From: Bacteriovoracaceae bacterium
GTDB lineage: Bacteria; Bdellovibrionota; Bacteriovoracia; Bacteriovoracales; Bacteriovoracaceae
Direction of reading: 5' to 3'
DNA length: 64,000 bases
Assembly: GCA_018649885.1 (NCBI GenBank)
Contig: JABIHA010000085.1
Coordinates: forward strand, 36,744-100,743
Below, piece by piece: positions 1-9,341 of this stretch. Below the pieces are notes generated by a model that saw nothing but the letters and a program-made list of their open reading frames with translations, did no database searches and was not told the origin of the DNA. Numbering within the stretch: position 1 is the first letter of the stretch; each line of letters begins with the position of its first letter. The translations under genes and the position numbers were made by a program.

Positions 1-226
1 AATTAAATTACAACGTGAGGGAAGAGAGGGAATCAGTCTCTCTGCACACGATTTACTGACAATTTTTAAAGAGTGGGGAAACACCCCAAATTTTGAAAAA
101 TTATCGGATGTCCTTGATGAAGCGGCTTACCGTTTAGAGTTGAATCCTGAATTAAGCCCTCAAAAAGCATTTGAAGATGTTCTAGAGGCAAGAAACCTTT
201 TAGATAAGTTTAAAAGAAAATGCTAA
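1..226 (+). CDS. 3' end of an upstream gene (partial, product unknown)
   Basis: Open frame from position 2 to a TAA at 224-226, translating ...LTIFKEWGNTPNFEKLSDVLDEAAYRLELNPELSPQKAFEDVLEARNLLDKFKRKC*. Its stop overlaps the next start (ATGCTAA). Not in the ORF track because it has no start in the window. Confidence 0.3.
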   Translation, partial: IKLQREGREGISLSAHDLLTIFKEWGNTPNFEKLSDVLDEAAYRLELNPELSPQKAFEDVLEARNLLDKFKRKC

Positions 227-2550
227 GAAAGTTATCGACACTACTTTGCTATTTGATTTCAATCAGTGCCTATGCGCAGGCACCATATGAAATTCTTGAT
301 ATTAAACATTCTCCGGATAATGAATATATTGATGAAAGTGGTCAAAAAAGACCAACTGTTGATGTGAAAATATTGACTGGAGACGGTGAGGTTGAACTCA
401 ATGTTGCTGATGGGACTACCAAAGAAGTAAAACGTAGAGTTAAAGAGCAAATTGAGAGTACTCATTTTATTTCTCAAGAGGGGAAATATACTAAAGAAGT
501 AAATATTGTTGAACCTCATCTACACAAGGGGGCCATGGGCCTTACAAGTGAGATGGCGAAGTTCTACCTTGCTATTGGGGCCTTAGATGTAATGAAGGCC
601 TTTCGTAGTGGTGATCCGACTTATATTCAAGCTTTTATGGATAGCCTAAAAAACCCTACGACTTATCTTGGGTTTACACTATTTTCAATTACCAGCAAAT
701 TGACAACAGAGTATTCTTTGATTTTATCTCAGAAGGCAATTCCTATTTCCATTGCAAGACATATGGGCCTAGCTGCAGGGATGATGGTTGATTCTATTTT
801 TCAGGAGATTGTTTATCACCCAGAGACTAAAAACCTACTTGCCTCTTGGGATATAAAAGATCCGGCAAAGAGAAAGGAGAGCCGAAATAAGGCGATTAAA
901 GCAATTTGGGGAGATACACTTGGAAATCCTGAGTGGAGAGGTGATAAAATTCCCGAGGTGATGGCCTTGATTGGTACTGCAATTGTCGTTCCGGCCGGAA
1001 TTGGGGCAACCAAAAAAGTGATGGATGCCTCAGCTAGAAAAATTTTCTTTAAAATGGGGACCAACTCTAAATTGGTGGCCAGAGGATACTTTAAATACCG
1101 AAGATTTTCTAAACAGTGGACTATGGCGAGACAAGGTTTTAGAGTTTTGTGGAAAGGTTCAAGAATTACTAGAATAAATCCAGTTATTTTTATTGGCACT
1201 CAGATTATTGAAACTATGATTTTTATCCATGGGGCTGAATGGGTTACTGAACCACTGACACGTTTTGTGAAAAATAGAAGAGGTGCGGATAAAATATATT
1301 CTAGTAGAGAAAAACTTAAAAAAGCACTTGATTTTGATCAGGGGTTCGAAGTGGTTGAACCCCTGGTTGAAGAGTTATCAACAGAATATCAAAATTTCCG
1401 GGAAACGTTATTTTTAAAACCGATGCAAACTTTTAGCAGGCATATTGGTTTTATTCAAAAAGTGGATTCTGAGTATACTAAATTTGCCTATTTCTATAGC
1501 TACCTTATTGATGGAACAACTGATCAAGAGTTCTGGGATCAAAATGTGGGGGAGTGGCACCCTAAAGGCGATATTAAGGAAATATTAGAAAAAGAAAAAT
1601 TTATCGAAAAATTATTTTGTGGTAAACATGTTGATAGTGCCTTGAAAATGAGTCTTATGTTTCATGGTGTTCCGATTCCATTTTATCGCGCCAAAATTAA
1701 AGACTATGGTGATGTCCAAAATTGGACAGAGACCCTTTCAATTTCAATTTCTCCATTTAGGGTTCATCGGTTAAAAGGAGCATGCACTAGCGATATTGAG
1801 ACAATCAGGCTTAGATGGATAAATAACAACTACTATAGAAAAGTTATGTGTCCTGTTAAAAAACAAATTAATGGTGAGTACAAACTAGAAGAGTATCAAA
1901 CAACCTATGCTGCGTGCCAGATACAGCAACAAAGATATAGACACTATGTTTTAGAAAATAGTCGTGTCGCGAGAGGCGACTTACGCTACAACTGGAGTCC
2001 TGAACAGTTTAAAATATTTCTTGAAAGTACTGCAGAGACAGTTCTTGGTATCTTGATGAAGCAGTCGAGTTACGCCAAAGAAGAGCATGTCAGAAGGTAT
2101 TATGAGAGTGTTCAGCTTGAGATCTTAGGAGCACTTTCTGGACAGAAGGCAGTTGTAGCAACAAGTGGAGAGGTTAGTTATAGGGGGAGACAAAAATACG
2201 TGAATGTAATGCGAAATGATCCCAACTGGAATTATGAAAATATGATTGACAGAAAATATGCCACTATCCCCCAAGTTGTTGTGGCCTCTTACCCTAGGTC
2301 CATTATTAAGATGGTTGATATTGAACTAGATTTCTGGCTGGATTTAGCTGATAAGTACCCAAAGTACGAAGAGCTATTTATTTATTTTTATGAAGGCACA
2401 GAAGAGGCCTTAGCTTATGCAAATGGCCTTAAAGGTTTTAATGAACTTGATATCAAAAAAAGAAAATATACGGCAACTTTCGCAGAAATGTTTGGAGAGA
2501 CTAATTGGACTGAAGCCGCTAAGTTTTTTCAAGGCTTTGTAATACAGTGA
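220..2550 (+). CDS. Large secreted hypothetical protein (776 aa)
   Basis: Long ORF with an N-terminal signal peptide, MLRKLSTLLCYLISISAYAQA. No motif I recognise. Confidence 0.6.
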   Translation: MLRKLSTLLCYLISISAYAQAPYEILDIKHSPDNEYIDESGQKRPTVDVKILTGDGEVELNVADGTTKEVKRRVKEQIESTHFISQEGKYTKEVNIVEPHLHKGAMGLTSEMAKFYLAIGALDVMKAFRSGDPTYIQAFMDSLKNPTTYLGFTLFSITSKLTTEYSLILSQKAIPISIARHMGLAAGMMVDSIFQEIVYHPETKNLLASWDIKDPAKRKESRNKAIKAIWGDTLGNPEWRGDKIPEVMALIGTAIVVPAGIGATKKVMDASARKIFFKMGTNSKLVARGYFKYRRFSKQWTMARQGFRVLWKGSRITRINPVIFIGTQIIETMIFIHGAEWVTEPLTRFVKNRRGADKIYSSREKLKKALDFDQGFEVVEPLVEELSTEYQNFRETLFLKPMQTFSRHIGFIQKVDSEYTKFAYFYSYLIDGTTDQEFWDQNVGEWHPKGDIKEILEKEKFIEKLFCGKHVDSALKMSLMFHGVPIPFYRAKIKDYGDVQNWTETLSISISPFRVHRLKGACTSDIETIRLRWINNNYYRKVMCPVKKQINGEYKLEEYQTTYAACQIQQQRYRHYVLENSRVARGDLRYNWSPEQFKIFLESTAETVLGILMKQSSYAKEEHVRRYYESVQLEILGALSGQKAVVATSGEVSYRGRQKYVNVMRNDPNWNYENMIDRKYATIPQVVVASYPRSIIKMVDIELDFWLDLADKYPKYEELFIYFYEGTEEALAYANGLKGFNELDIKKRKYTATFAEMFGETNWTEAAKFFQGFVIQ

Positions 2551-2552
2551 AA

Positions 2553-4595
2553 TTAGACGTCAATTTTTGAGATGAGATCATCGAAGAAATTCTTTTTATA
2601 AGTTTTAACCTCTTCTTCAGAAAGGTCAGAGAAGCTATTTTTGTCGATATTTTGGTATAGATCATTCGAAATGGTTGCTAAGAATCTGCTGGGAAACCTT
2701 TTGAGGTCTCTTCCATAAATTTTTCGCTCGCAGGCGTAGGTCATAACCATTCTAAGCTTTGCCCTAGTCAGACCCACGTAAGCAAGGCGTCTTTCTTCTT
2801 CTATATCATCACCTTGGGTAATGGATTTCTTGTGAGGGAGCAGTTCTTCTTCCATGCCTACTAAGAAGACGTGATCATACTCAAGGCCTTTAGAGGAGTG
2901 AAGGGTCATTAAAGTGACTTCATTTTTTCTAATATTGTCATCACTTGCAGAGCTCTCATCTTTATCTGGAGTATCTTGTAAGATCATTTTTTCGACAAAG
3001 TTTCGGAGCTTGGCACTTTCGCCAAAGAATTTTGTAAAACGTTCTGCTGACTCTACTAGTCTGGCCAAATCTTCTTTTCTTCTATTGGCCTGTTTTTTTT
3101 GTTTGTAAAACCCATCAATATAAGTGTGGAAGTTTAGTCTTTCTATTAAATCTTTGATTCCATGCTCGAGAGGAGCGCTAGCAATTTTTTGCTTGAACTC
3201 TTCAATTAAATCGACAAAGGCGCTTATACATTTTTCTTTTTTCGGATCTAGTCCTGGACAATCTTTAAAAGCATTGTAGAGATGGATATTTTTCTCTTTT
3301 GCCAGATCAAGATATTTTTCTAGTGTCTTAGCGCCTATTCCTCTCGATGGAACATTGAGGATTCTTCTTAGAGCTATTTCATCTTTAGGATTATGCATTA
3401 TCGAGAGGTATGCCAGAACATCTTTAATCTCTTTTCTCTCGTAGAATTTCTGCCCCCCTACAAGAACATAGGGAACCATAGATATTCGAAGTTGGTCTTC
3501 AAGGGCGGGAAACTGAGTTGTAGATCTCACTAAAACGGCCATATTTGATAAATGTCCGCCCGATGATTGAAATTTAGTGATCTCTTCAACAATAGTCTGC
3601 GCTTCATGATCAGTGTCTGCACACTTCCAAAGGACTGGAGAGATGCCTTCTGTATTTGAAGTTCGAAGAGATTTTTCTTTTCTTCTTTTATTCTCCTTAA
3701 TGACATTATTTGCCAAATTTAAAATAGGCTCAGTTGAGCGGTAATTTTCTTCTAACTTAATGACAGTGCAACCCGAAAAGTGTTTTTCGAAATTTAAGAT
3801 ATTGGTGATATCTGCGCCTCTAAAACTATAAATTGATTGATCATCATCTCCCACAACGCATAGGTTATTATGTGTACTTGTGAGTCCTAAAATCATGGAA
3901 AATTGTAATTGATTTGTATCCTGGTATTCATCGACCATTATATATTGGTATCTTCTGGAATATTTTTCAGCGATTTCTGGATAGAGCTTAAAGAGTTTTA
4001 CTGTTAATAAAATAATATCATCGAAGTCGATGACGTTATAAAATTTCATTTTGTCTGTATAAAATTGGTAGCAGTGTTCAGTAGCTAAGTCGTAATCTAG
4101 GTCTGTGTTGAAGTTATCTGTCCTTGAAAACTCTTCTGATGAAATTCCCGCACTTTTTAGCTTTCCGATTTGGGCCAAGATAGATTTGCGGTCAAATGAC
4201 TTCTCACCTTGGTAGCTGTTGAGGGCCTCTCTGATCAGTGACATTTGATCGGCCGTATCAAAAATGGTGAAGTTTTTGCTGTAGCCTAGTTTTTCGATTT
4301 CTGCTCTGAGTATTTTAAGCGCTAGCGAGTGAAAGGTTGATAGTGTGATTCCCTTTGATTTTTTCTTTCCTAGAAGGCCCGTGACTCTTTCCTTCATTTC
4401 TCTTGCGGCTTTATTGGTGAAGGTGACTGCCAGGATGGTTTTGGGGTCAAGGCCATAGTTTTCAACCATATTGGCCATTCTGTAGGTGATGCTCCTGGTT
4501 TTTCCCGAGCCGGCGCCCGCCAGTATGAGAACTGGTCCCTCAATTGTGTCTGCAGCCTTTCGCTGCTCGTTATTTAGGCCTGAAATGGAAAACAT
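2553..4595 (-). CDS. ATP-dependent DNA helicase, UvrD/PcrA/Rep family
   Basis: N-terminus LNNEQRKAADTIEGPVLILAGAGSGKTRSITYRMANMV (Walker A), then TFTNKAAREMKERV, DEYQDTN and VGDDDQSIYSFRGA, which are helicase superfamily 1 motifs. Confidence 0.9.
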   Translation of the reverse strand: MFSISGLNNEQRKAADTIEGPVLILAGAGSGKTRSITYRMANMVENYGLDPKTILAVTFTNKAAREMKERVTGLLGKKKSKGITLSTFHSLALKILRAEIEKLGYSKNFTIFDTADQMSLIREALNSYQGEKSFDRKSILAQIGKLKSAGISSEEFSRTDNFNTDLDYDLATEHCYQFYTDKMKFYNVIDFDDIILLTVKLFKLYPEIAEKYSRRYQYIMVDEYQDTNQLQFSMILGLTSTHNNLCVVGDDDQSIYSFRGADITNILNFEKHFSGCTVIKLEENYRSTEPILNLANNVIKENKRRKEKSLRTSNTEGISPVLWKCADTDHEAQTIVEEITKFQSSGGHLSNMAVLVRSTTQFPALEDQLRISMVPYVLVGGQKFYERKEIKDVLAYLSIMHNPKDEIALRRILNVPSRGIGAKTLEKYLDLAKEKNIHLYNAFKDCPGLDPKKEKCISAFVDLIEEFKQKIASAPLEHGIKDLIERLNFHTYIDGFYKQKKQANRRKEDLARLVESAERFTKFFGESAKLRNFVEKMILQDTPDKDESSASDDNIRKNEVTLMTLHSSKGLEYDHVFLVGMEEELLPHKKSITQGDDIEEERRLAYVGLTRAKLRMVMTYACERKIYGRDLKRFPSRFLATISNDLYQNIDKNSFSDLSEEEVKTYKKNFFDDLISKIDV

Positions 4596-4738
4596 GGACT
4601 GACTTTAGGGATCATAAAAGACCATGTCAAAGCTCATCACACAACACGATGAATTTCTCCTTGGTAGGGGTTTAAATTGTTGATATATTGGGAAGAAAAT
4701 TTTTATTTACATGTTCATTTCATCAGGAGAGCAAGACC

Positions 4739-5962
4739 ATGGCCAAACGCAAAAAAGCTAGTGTCAAAAAAAAGGTGGCAAAAAAGAAAGCGACCAAGAA
4801 GGCAGTTGCGCCTAAGGCCACAAAAAAGAAAGCTGGCAAGAAAAAAGCAGCTATAAAGAAGGCCACAAAAAAGAAAGTTGGCAAGAAGAAGGCAGTTAAA
4901 AAGAAAGCTACAAAAAAGAAAGCTGGCAAGAAGAAGGCAGTTAAAAAGAAAGCTACAAAAAAGAAAGCTGGCAAGAAGAAGGCAGTTAAAAAGAAAGCTA
5001 CAAAAAAGAAGACCGGAAAAAGTAAGGTAGCTAAAAAGAAAAGTTCCAAACCAAGCAAAAAGGTAGCAAGTGGAAAAGATGGGGATAAGAACCTTTTTAA
5101 TTCCATGCTGGAGCTAATAAAGATCACATCAACAGTGCTTCCGGATGACTCGCAAAGAGTAATTCTTGCGGCCCTTGAAAAAGAAGAGAAAGATACCACT
5201 GCTGAATATGCAATGGAAATTATAAAGGCCAATATTGAACTTGCAAAAAAGAAGGCCCAACCTATTTGCCAGGATACAGGTACTGTCCTTGTCTATGTCA
5301 ATCATCCTGTAGGCTTTAAGCAGGCAGACTTTGAAAAAGTTTTTAAAAAGGCAGTTGTTGAGGCCACGAAGAAAGGCTATTTGAGGCAAAACTCTGTGGA
5401 CTCCTTAAAAGGGACCAATGACACTCTTAATATTGGGCCGGGCCACCCTGATATCCATTTTCATGAGCATAAAAAAGACTTTGTAGAAGTGAGGTTGATG
5501 CTCAAAGGTGGGGGATGTGAAAATGTGGGGATTCAATATGCTCTGCCTTTTACTTCCCTTGGTGCGGGAAGAGATCTAGGCGGAGTAAGAAAAGTTATTT
5601 TGGATGGTGTGAATAAGGCCCAGGGAAAAGGCTGTGGTCCTGGAGTTTTAGGAATTTGCATCGGTGGAGATAGAGGTTCAGGGTATGCAAAGTCAAAAGA
5701 GCAGCTGCTTAGATCACTGGATGACTCCAACAGTAATCTTGAATTAGATTCACTCGAAAATGATATTGTAGAGTCTGCTAATAAACTTGGTATTGGTCCC
5801 ATGGGGTTTGGGGGAAAAACAACACTTCTTGGTTGTAAGATAGGTGTATTAAATCGACTGCCAGCTAGTTTTTTTGTGTCAATTTCCTATATGTGTTGGG
5901 CCTTTAGAAGACAGGGTCTTACGCTTGATAAGAATGGTAACGTAAAAAAATGGTTGTATTGA
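4739..5962 (+). CDS. Class I (Fe-S) fumarate hydratase alpha subunit with an N-terminal histone-H1-like lysine/alanine-rich extension
   Basis: Start MAKRKK chosen because AGGAGA precedes it; an ATG at 4688 is an alternative. Residues 1-125 are (A/V/T)KKK(A/V/T)GKKK repeats. The remainder has CQDTGTV and the hydro-lyase alpha fold of the tartrate/fumarate family. Confidence 0.8.
   Translation: MAKRKKASVKKKVAKKKATKKAVAPKATKKKAGKKKAAIKKATKKKVGKKKAVKKKATKKKAGKKKAVKKKATKKKAGKKKAVKKKATKKKTGKSKVAKKKSSKPSKKVASGKDGDKNLFNSMLELIKITSTVLPDDSQRVILAALEKEEKDTTAEYAMEIIKANIELAKKKAQPICQDTGTVLVYVNHPVGFKQADFEKVFKKAVVEATKKGYLRQNSVDSLKGTNDTLNIGPGHPDIHFHEHKKDFVEVRLMLKGGGCENVGIQYALPFTSLGAGRDLGGVRKVILDGVNKAQGKGCGPGVLGICIGGDRGSGYAKSKEQLLRSLDDSNSNLELDSLENDIVESANKLGIGPMGFGGKTTLLGCKIGVLNRLPASFFVSISYMCWAFRRQGLTLDKNGNVKKWLY
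4818..5041 (+). repeat. 45-bp coding tandem repeat, about 5 copies, encoding ATKKKAGKKKAVKKK
   Basis: gctacaaaaaagaaagctggcaagaagaaggcagttaaaaagaaa recurs at 4907, 4952 and 4997 with perfect 45-nt spacing. More diverged copies lie at 4862 and 4818. Confidence 0.85.
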
Positions 5963-5973
5963 AGGATAGTATT

Positions 5974-6543
5974 ATGAAACGAATTGAATTTCCATTTACT
6001 GAAGAAGCTATAAGAGAATTGCATTGTGGTGACACAGTTCTTATCTCTGGAAAACTTGTGACAGGAAGAGACGCCGTTCACAAAAGATTACATGAAGGTG
6101 GAGTTCCACCTATATCGCTTGAAAATCACATCATTTATCACTGTGGTCCTGTAATGCTTCAAGACCCGAAGACCAAAAAATACCGTTGTGTGGCCGCTGG
6201 ACCCACCACTTCTATTAGAGAAGAGCCCTACCAATGGCAAGTCTTTAGAGATCACAAAGTGCGCGGAGTTATTGGGAAGGGTGGAATGGCCGAGAAGACT
6301 TTAAATGCCTGTAAAGAATACGGTGCCTGTTACTTTCACGCCATAGGGGGAGCTGCTCAGGTGCTCGCCGAGAGGATAACTTCTGTAGACAATGTTCATT
6401 GGTTGGAGCTAGGATCGCCAGAGGCCATTTGGGAGCTTACCGTCGAAGACTTTCCTGTAGTTGTTACAATGGATTCACACGGAGTCAGTTTGCACGACAA
6501 AGTGAAAGAAAATAGCGACCAAATTTTAAAAGGATTATTGTAA
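5974..6543 (+). CDS. Class I fumarate hydratase beta subunit
   Basis: MKRIEFPFTEEAIRELHCGDTVLISGKLVTGRDAVHKRL... matches the Fe-S hydro-lyase beta type. AAGGA lies 8 nt before the ATG at 5974. The ORF-track start at 5950 overlaps the alpha subunit stop. Confidence 0.85.
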   Translation: MKRIEFPFTEEAIRELHCGDTVLISGKLVTGRDAVHKRLHEGGVPPISLENHIIYHCGPVMLQDPKTKKYRCVAAGPTTSIREEPYQWQVFRDHKVRGVIGKGGMAEKTLNACKEYGACYFHAIGGAAQVLAERITSVDNVHWLELGSPEAIWELTVEDFPVVVTMDSHGVSLHDKVKENSDQILKGLL

Positions 6544-6544
6544 G

Positions 6545-8263
6545 GTGACCAAAAAATATCTTATTACCTCAGCCCTGCCCTACGCTAATGGACCACTTCA
6601 TTTTGGTCATATGGCCGGGGCCATACTTCCTGCTGATGTTTATAATCGGCACAGAAAAATGCAAGGGCATGAAACTCTTTATATTTGTGGCTCAGATGAA
6701 CACGGTGTGGCCATCATGCTCTCGGCACAAAAAGCAGGGATGAGCTATCAAGAGTGGGTGGATAAGTGGCACAAGTATCAAAAAGATCTCTTTGCCAGTT
6801 ACGGGGTAGAGTTTAATTTCTATGGTCAAACCTCAAGTGAATATCACAAAGAAGAGGTCATTCCCTGGTTTAATGATCTTTATGAGAAAGGGGCCATTGA
6901 GCCTCGTGCCTCAAAACAACACAAGTGTCAGGACTGTTCAAACTATCTGCCAGATAGATTTGTCGAAGGGACCTGTTACGTGTGTAAATATGAACATGCT
7001 AGGGGAGATGAGTGCCCAGATTGTGGAACTTGGATCGAAGCCGTTAAGTTAATTGATCCTGTGTGCAAAATTTGTGATTCTAAGAATTTATCTATTGAAG
7101 AAGTAACCCAGTACTACTTGAAACTAAGTAAGTACCATACTGAATATAGAAAGTGGTTTGAAACTAAAAAAGGCTCGTGGCGCAAAACAGTTGTGCCTTT
7201 TGTAGATGCGCTGTCGAAAGAAGAGCTAGTCGATAGGGCGATTACGAGAGATTTAGATTGGGGCATTGATGTTCCATTGGCCGAGGCGAAAGGAAAAAAG
7301 CTCTATGTTTGGTTTGATGCTCCTATTGGATATGTCAGCAATACCAAAGAGTATTTTAAACAAATTAATTCAACTGAACATTACCTAGATGATTGGTGGA
7401 AGTCAGATGATGTGGTGATTTCTCATTTTCTCGGAAAAGATAATATTATTTTTCATGCCATCACTTTTCCTACTATGTGCATGGTCACTGGTTTTGCAAA
7501 TCTTGTTGATGACCTTCCCGCCAATCAATTTTTAAACTTACAAGGTAGACAATTCTCCAAGTCACAAGGTTGGTATGTGGATGCAGAAGAGGCGCTTACA
7601 GAATTTGGAGTAGATGCTCTTAGATACTATTTGATCGGACTCATTCCAGAAAATCAAGATACCAATTTTATTTGGAAGCAATTTGCGACTAAAGTAAATA
7701 ATGAGCTGGCCAACAATGTTGGCAATATGGTCAATCGCTGTTTGAAGTTTGGTGAAAAAAAATGGCCTTCCGGCATTGAAGCTGACAGGTTCTCTCCTTT
7801 TTTTGCGAGCGATATAAAAAGGGAAATTGAATCAGAAATTAAAGAGCTTAATGCTCTTCTAGATAAAATCCAAATCAAAAAAGCTCTCGAAAAATTGATG
7901 CATATTGGATCGATGATCAATATTTATTTTACTGAAAAAGCTCCTTGGGCCCAATTTAAAGCAAATCCAGACCAGGCACTAGAAACCATCGCAAGCTCTA
8001 CTCTTTTAGTAACAACCCTTGCAGTGCTTTTTAAGCCCTTTCTGCCCAATATGAGCTCAAGAATACTTGGCTTCTTTGAAGCAGAGCTCGATGCTGAAAC
8101 CGAAAGGAAAGTTTATCTCGGAGATTTAGATGCACTCAGGGTCTTTATCAAAGGTGGGTTCAAGCTAGGGAAGCCTCCTGAGGTTTTAGTTCCTAAAATT
8201 GATATGGATGTGATTGCTGAAAAAGAAAGCGCCCTTGAAGCTCTATCTAGTAATAATCAGTAG
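6545..8263 (+). CDS. metG: Methionyl-tRNA synthetase (short form without the C-terminal tRNA-binding domain)
   Basis: TSALPYANGPLHFGHMAG (HIGH motif), zinc-knuckle cysteines (CQDCSNY...CYVCK...CPDCGTW) and KFSKS (KMSKS-like). GTG start, 1 nt after the fumarase beta stop. Confidence 0.9.
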   Translation: MTKKYLITSALPYANGPLHFGHMAGAILPADVYNRHRKMQGHETLYICGSDEHGVAIMLSAQKAGMSYQEWVDKWHKYQKDLFASYGVEFNFYGQTSSEYHKEEVIPWFNDLYEKGAIEPRASKQHKCQDCSNYLPDRFVEGTCYVCKYEHARGDECPDCGTWIEAVKLIDPVCKICDSKNLSIEEVTQYYLKLSKYHTEYRKWFETKKGSWRKTVVPFVDALSKEELVDRAITRDLDWGIDVPLAEAKGKKLYVWFDAPIGYVSNTKEYFKQINSTEHYLDDWWKSDDVVISHFLGKDNIIFHAITFPTMCMVTGFANLVDDLPANQFLNLQGRQFSKSQGWYVDAEEALTEFGVDALRYYLIGLIPENQDTNFIWKQFATKVNNELANNVGNMVNRCLKFGEKKWPSGIEADRFSPFFASDIKREIESEIKELNALLDKIQIKKALEKLMHIGSMINIYFTEKAPWAQFKANPDQALETIASSTLLVTTLAVLFKPFLPNMSSRILGFFEAELDAETERKVYLGDLDALRVFIKGGFKLGKPPEVLVPKIDMDVIAEKESALEALSSNNQ

Positions 8264-9239
8264 TCGTTTTGGGTGTGATCTTATTTTCAATAACTTTTCT
8301 ATGATGTAGATGTCCTTGGGATCTGACTTGCTCTCTTTGAAAAACATCATCAATAAATTTTTCTTTAATGATTTGGCGAGGCCTTTTATAAACAGTGAGA
8401 TTAATATCCATCTCCTTAATTCCTGGCCTATAAAATGAATGGATATTACCAGTGTCAAGAGTATCATCACCGAATCGGTCAATCTGAAACCTTCTATCTC
8501 TTTGTTTTAAAAAATACCTCTCATCTTTGCCTTTTTTTATTTTGCTTGAAAACCTGGGACGTTTTTTGTACTCAGGTCCGTGGGTGTAGGGGAAGGTATC
8601 TTCGGGAAAGAGCTGTGGAAACAAAAATAGACCCTTGTATCTAATCATGCGGTCTTTGTATAATTTGGATCTTATGCCGTGCTCAAGCTTACTAACAGCT
8701 CCACCAATGCCTTTGCTTAGAAAAAGATCCGATTGGTACAAGGCCCCACGGTCAATGAAATAACTTTTGTCTTTAGAATTATTTTCTATGGGAGTCAGAG
8801 AGATTCTACCTCCAATTACACCTAGGTTTGTTTTCAAATAGGCCCCATACTTAAAAACATCAATAGCAATTTGGCCTCGAAAAACATTAATCAAACTATC
8901 TGGGGTTTTAAACCAAGAGATAACTCTCTTTGTTTGGTGAATTCTGTACATTCCGTAGGGGAGAAAGAATTCTTTTTTTCCATCAACTCTAAGGTGGGAG
9001 TATTCACTCATATTAATAACTGCGTCCTCTTCAGTGACAAGTTTGACGTAGCTACCTTTTAAGGTCTTGATAATATCGGACTTCCCTAGCCTGATCCCCT
9101 GGTCTAAATGGTAGATAAATCCATCTCGAATAAGCCAGGCCTTGCCCTCTAAGACGGCGACCGTCGCCATCACTTCACCAGCTTTTGATGTGCTGTGTTG
9201 TAAAAAAAGGAGAAATGTTACTAATATCAGGCTTCGCAT
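8247..9239 (-). CDS. Secreted hypothetical protein
   Basis: Signal peptide MRSLILVTFLLFLQHSTSKA. A TATAAT-like box lies just upstream. The start is uncertain; the ORF-track start is 9293. Confidence 0.5.
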   Translation of the reverse strand: MRSLILVTFLLFLQHSTSKAGEVMATVAVLEGKAWLIRDGFIYHLDQGIRLGKSDIIKTLKGSYVKLVTEEDAVINMSEYSHLRVDGKKEFFLPYGMYRIHQTKRVISWFKTPDSLINVFRGQIAIDVFKYGAYLKTNLGVIGGRISLTPIENNSKDKSYFIDRGALYQSDLFLSKGIGGAVSKLEHGIRSKLYKDRMIRYKGLFLFPQLFPEDTFPYTHGPEYKKRPRFSSKIKKGKDERYFLKQRDRRFQIDRFGDDTLDTGNIHSFYRPGIKEMDINLTVYKRPRQIIKEKFIDDVFQREQVRSQGHLHHRKVIENKITPKTTTDYY

Positions 9240-9341
9240 TCCTCTATTATAGGGCATAAATCCATGTGGGGACTTCCGGCAAATCATGTACAAAACTATT
9301 GTACTCAGGTTAATCTAGTGCCCTAAATAAAGGAGTTCAAA

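Noticed and set aside
1334-1366. Hairpin CAGGGGTTCGAAGTGGTTGAACCCCTG with a GGTTCGAA core reminiscent of a tRNA T-arm.
   Set aside because: It lies inside the 220..2550 coding frame (FDQGFEVVEPLVEE). There is no acceptor or anticodon arm context. It is most likely a coincidental coding-region inverted repeat.
4596-4738. Putative sigma-70 promoter (TTGATA ... TTATTT) upstream of the fumarase operon.
   Set aside because: The -10 match is weak and the spacing is uncertain by eye. Left uncalled.
4723-5232. 169-aa minus-strand ORF opposite the lysine-rich fumarase N-terminus.
   Set aside because: It is the poly-Phe/Leu antisense of AAG/AAA-rich repeats. It is an artefact of the tandem repeat.
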